From sequence record CM079450.1: a DNA stretch of 32,000 nt; one strand, given 5' to 3'. The notes beneath the pieces were generated by a model that saw only the letters and a program-made list of their open reading frames with translations, did no database searches and was not told the DNA's origin. The position numbers were made by a program, and so were the translations under genes. How positions within the stretch are numbered: the stretch's first letter is position 1; every line of letters begins with the position of its first letter. Shown one piece after another: positions 31,267-32,000 of the stretch.

Positions 31267-32000
31267 TTACAACATTTTTGAATATCCTTTGAAAATCCAT
31301 ACTTTTATGCCAATTATACCATATATAGTATTAGCGGCGCATGAACAATAATCGATATTAGCACGTAATGTTTGTAAAGGTACACGGCCAGCACGGACCC
31401 ATTCAGTTCTTGCTATTTCAGCTCCATTTAAACGTCCTGCTACCTGAATTTTTACTCCTTTAACTTTATCGGTAAGCATTAAACTTTCTTTTGCATCTTT
31501 TATTACTTTTCTAAAAGCTTTTCGTTTTTCTAAAGCATCTACAATAGAATCAGCCACAATAGAGGCTTTGCATTGTAAACTTTTTACTGATTTTATACTA
31601 TAAAATTTTATAGATATTTTTGGTATTAAATTTAGATTTTGTATACTCATATTTTTTTGTTTTTCAATCTGCTCCAAGAAAGCATCTTGTAAATTTTTTT
31701 CTAATTCAGTTTTTTTTTTAGACTGAATTAGTACAGTAGTTACACGCTCTTTTATTTTTTCTTTTAAACCATCTGTCTGGTTAGATGCAAATTTTTTTAA
31801 ATCTAAACCAAATAGAAAATTAGCATGGATTTTTGTAAATTTTTTAAACTGTTTTAAATCTCGACCTGCATCAGATAATGTACTTAAATAATAAAAAATA
31901 TTGTCTGAACGATGTTTTCGAACTATATCTTTTAAATACGATATAAATTTAATTTTTCGACATGATTGTTCAATATTATTTAATGTTTTTGTTAAAGCTT
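31267..32000 (-). CDS. rps3: Ribosomal protein S3, 3' portion (the gene continues beyond the right edge of the window)
   Basis: The C-terminal domain [60 protein letters not shown] is canonical S3. The track ORF starts at a TTG. I hand-translated upstream of it (..[86 protein letters not shown]..), and the frame stays open to position 32000. Confidence 0.9.
   Translation of the reverse strand, partial: ALTKTLNNIEQSCRKIKFISYLKDIVRKHRSDNIFYYLSTLSDAGRDLKQFKKFTKIHANFLFGLDLKKFASNQTDGLKEKIKERVTTVLIQSKKKTELEKNLQDAFLEQIEKQKNMSIQNLNLIPKISIKFYSIKSVKSLQCKASIVADSIVDALEKRKAFRKVIKDAKESLMLTDKVKGVKIQVAGRLNGAEIARTEWVRAGRVPLQTLRANIDYCSCAANTIYGIIGIKVWIFKGYSKML

Overview
This window reads as plastid (chloroplast) DNA of a chlorophycean green alga of the Chlamydomonadales/Volvocales type. 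The species cannot be determined from the sequence alone. Every gene I recognise is on the minus strand. psbA (D1) is split into three exons (215+37+101 codons) by two related group I introns, each carrying a free-standing H-N-H endonuclease-like ORF. The other genes are trnD(GUC), a 1104-codon rps2, rps18, and the 3' part of an enlarged rps3 that runs off the right edge. Genes plus introns cover about a quarter of the window. The rest is spacer built almost entirely from a small set of short palindromic dispersed repeats (SDRs), used in both orientations, shuffled, nested and locally amplified into tandem arrays. Most ORFs in the six-frame track lie in these repeats and are artefacts. I see no multi-gene novel system: no defence island, CRISPR array or operon. 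The observations most worth follow-up are these. (1) The N-terminal extension of rps2 appears to hold three TRAM-like beta-barrel modules, and the S2 coiled-coil region carries a ~390-residue expansion. (2) SDR-like palindromes are inserted in frame inside the rps2 CDS and in a peripheral loop of psbA intron 2. (3) The two psbA introns and their HNH ORFs are paralogous, and one ORF has a perfect Shine-Dalgarno. (4) A frameshifted, SDR-disrupted ORF remnant at 1727-2815 has a C-terminus resembling the catalytic end of tyrosine recombinases. (5) There are very long perfect palindromes (92 bp, and 113-bp arms) and register-shifted palindromes. (6) An AT-rich, SDR-poor island at 8.9-9.7 kb holds three different direct-repeat arrays. 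(7) A copy of the psbA -10/leader block sits at 1139-1172 with no gene behind it. All homology statements come from reading motifs by eye, and no database search was run.
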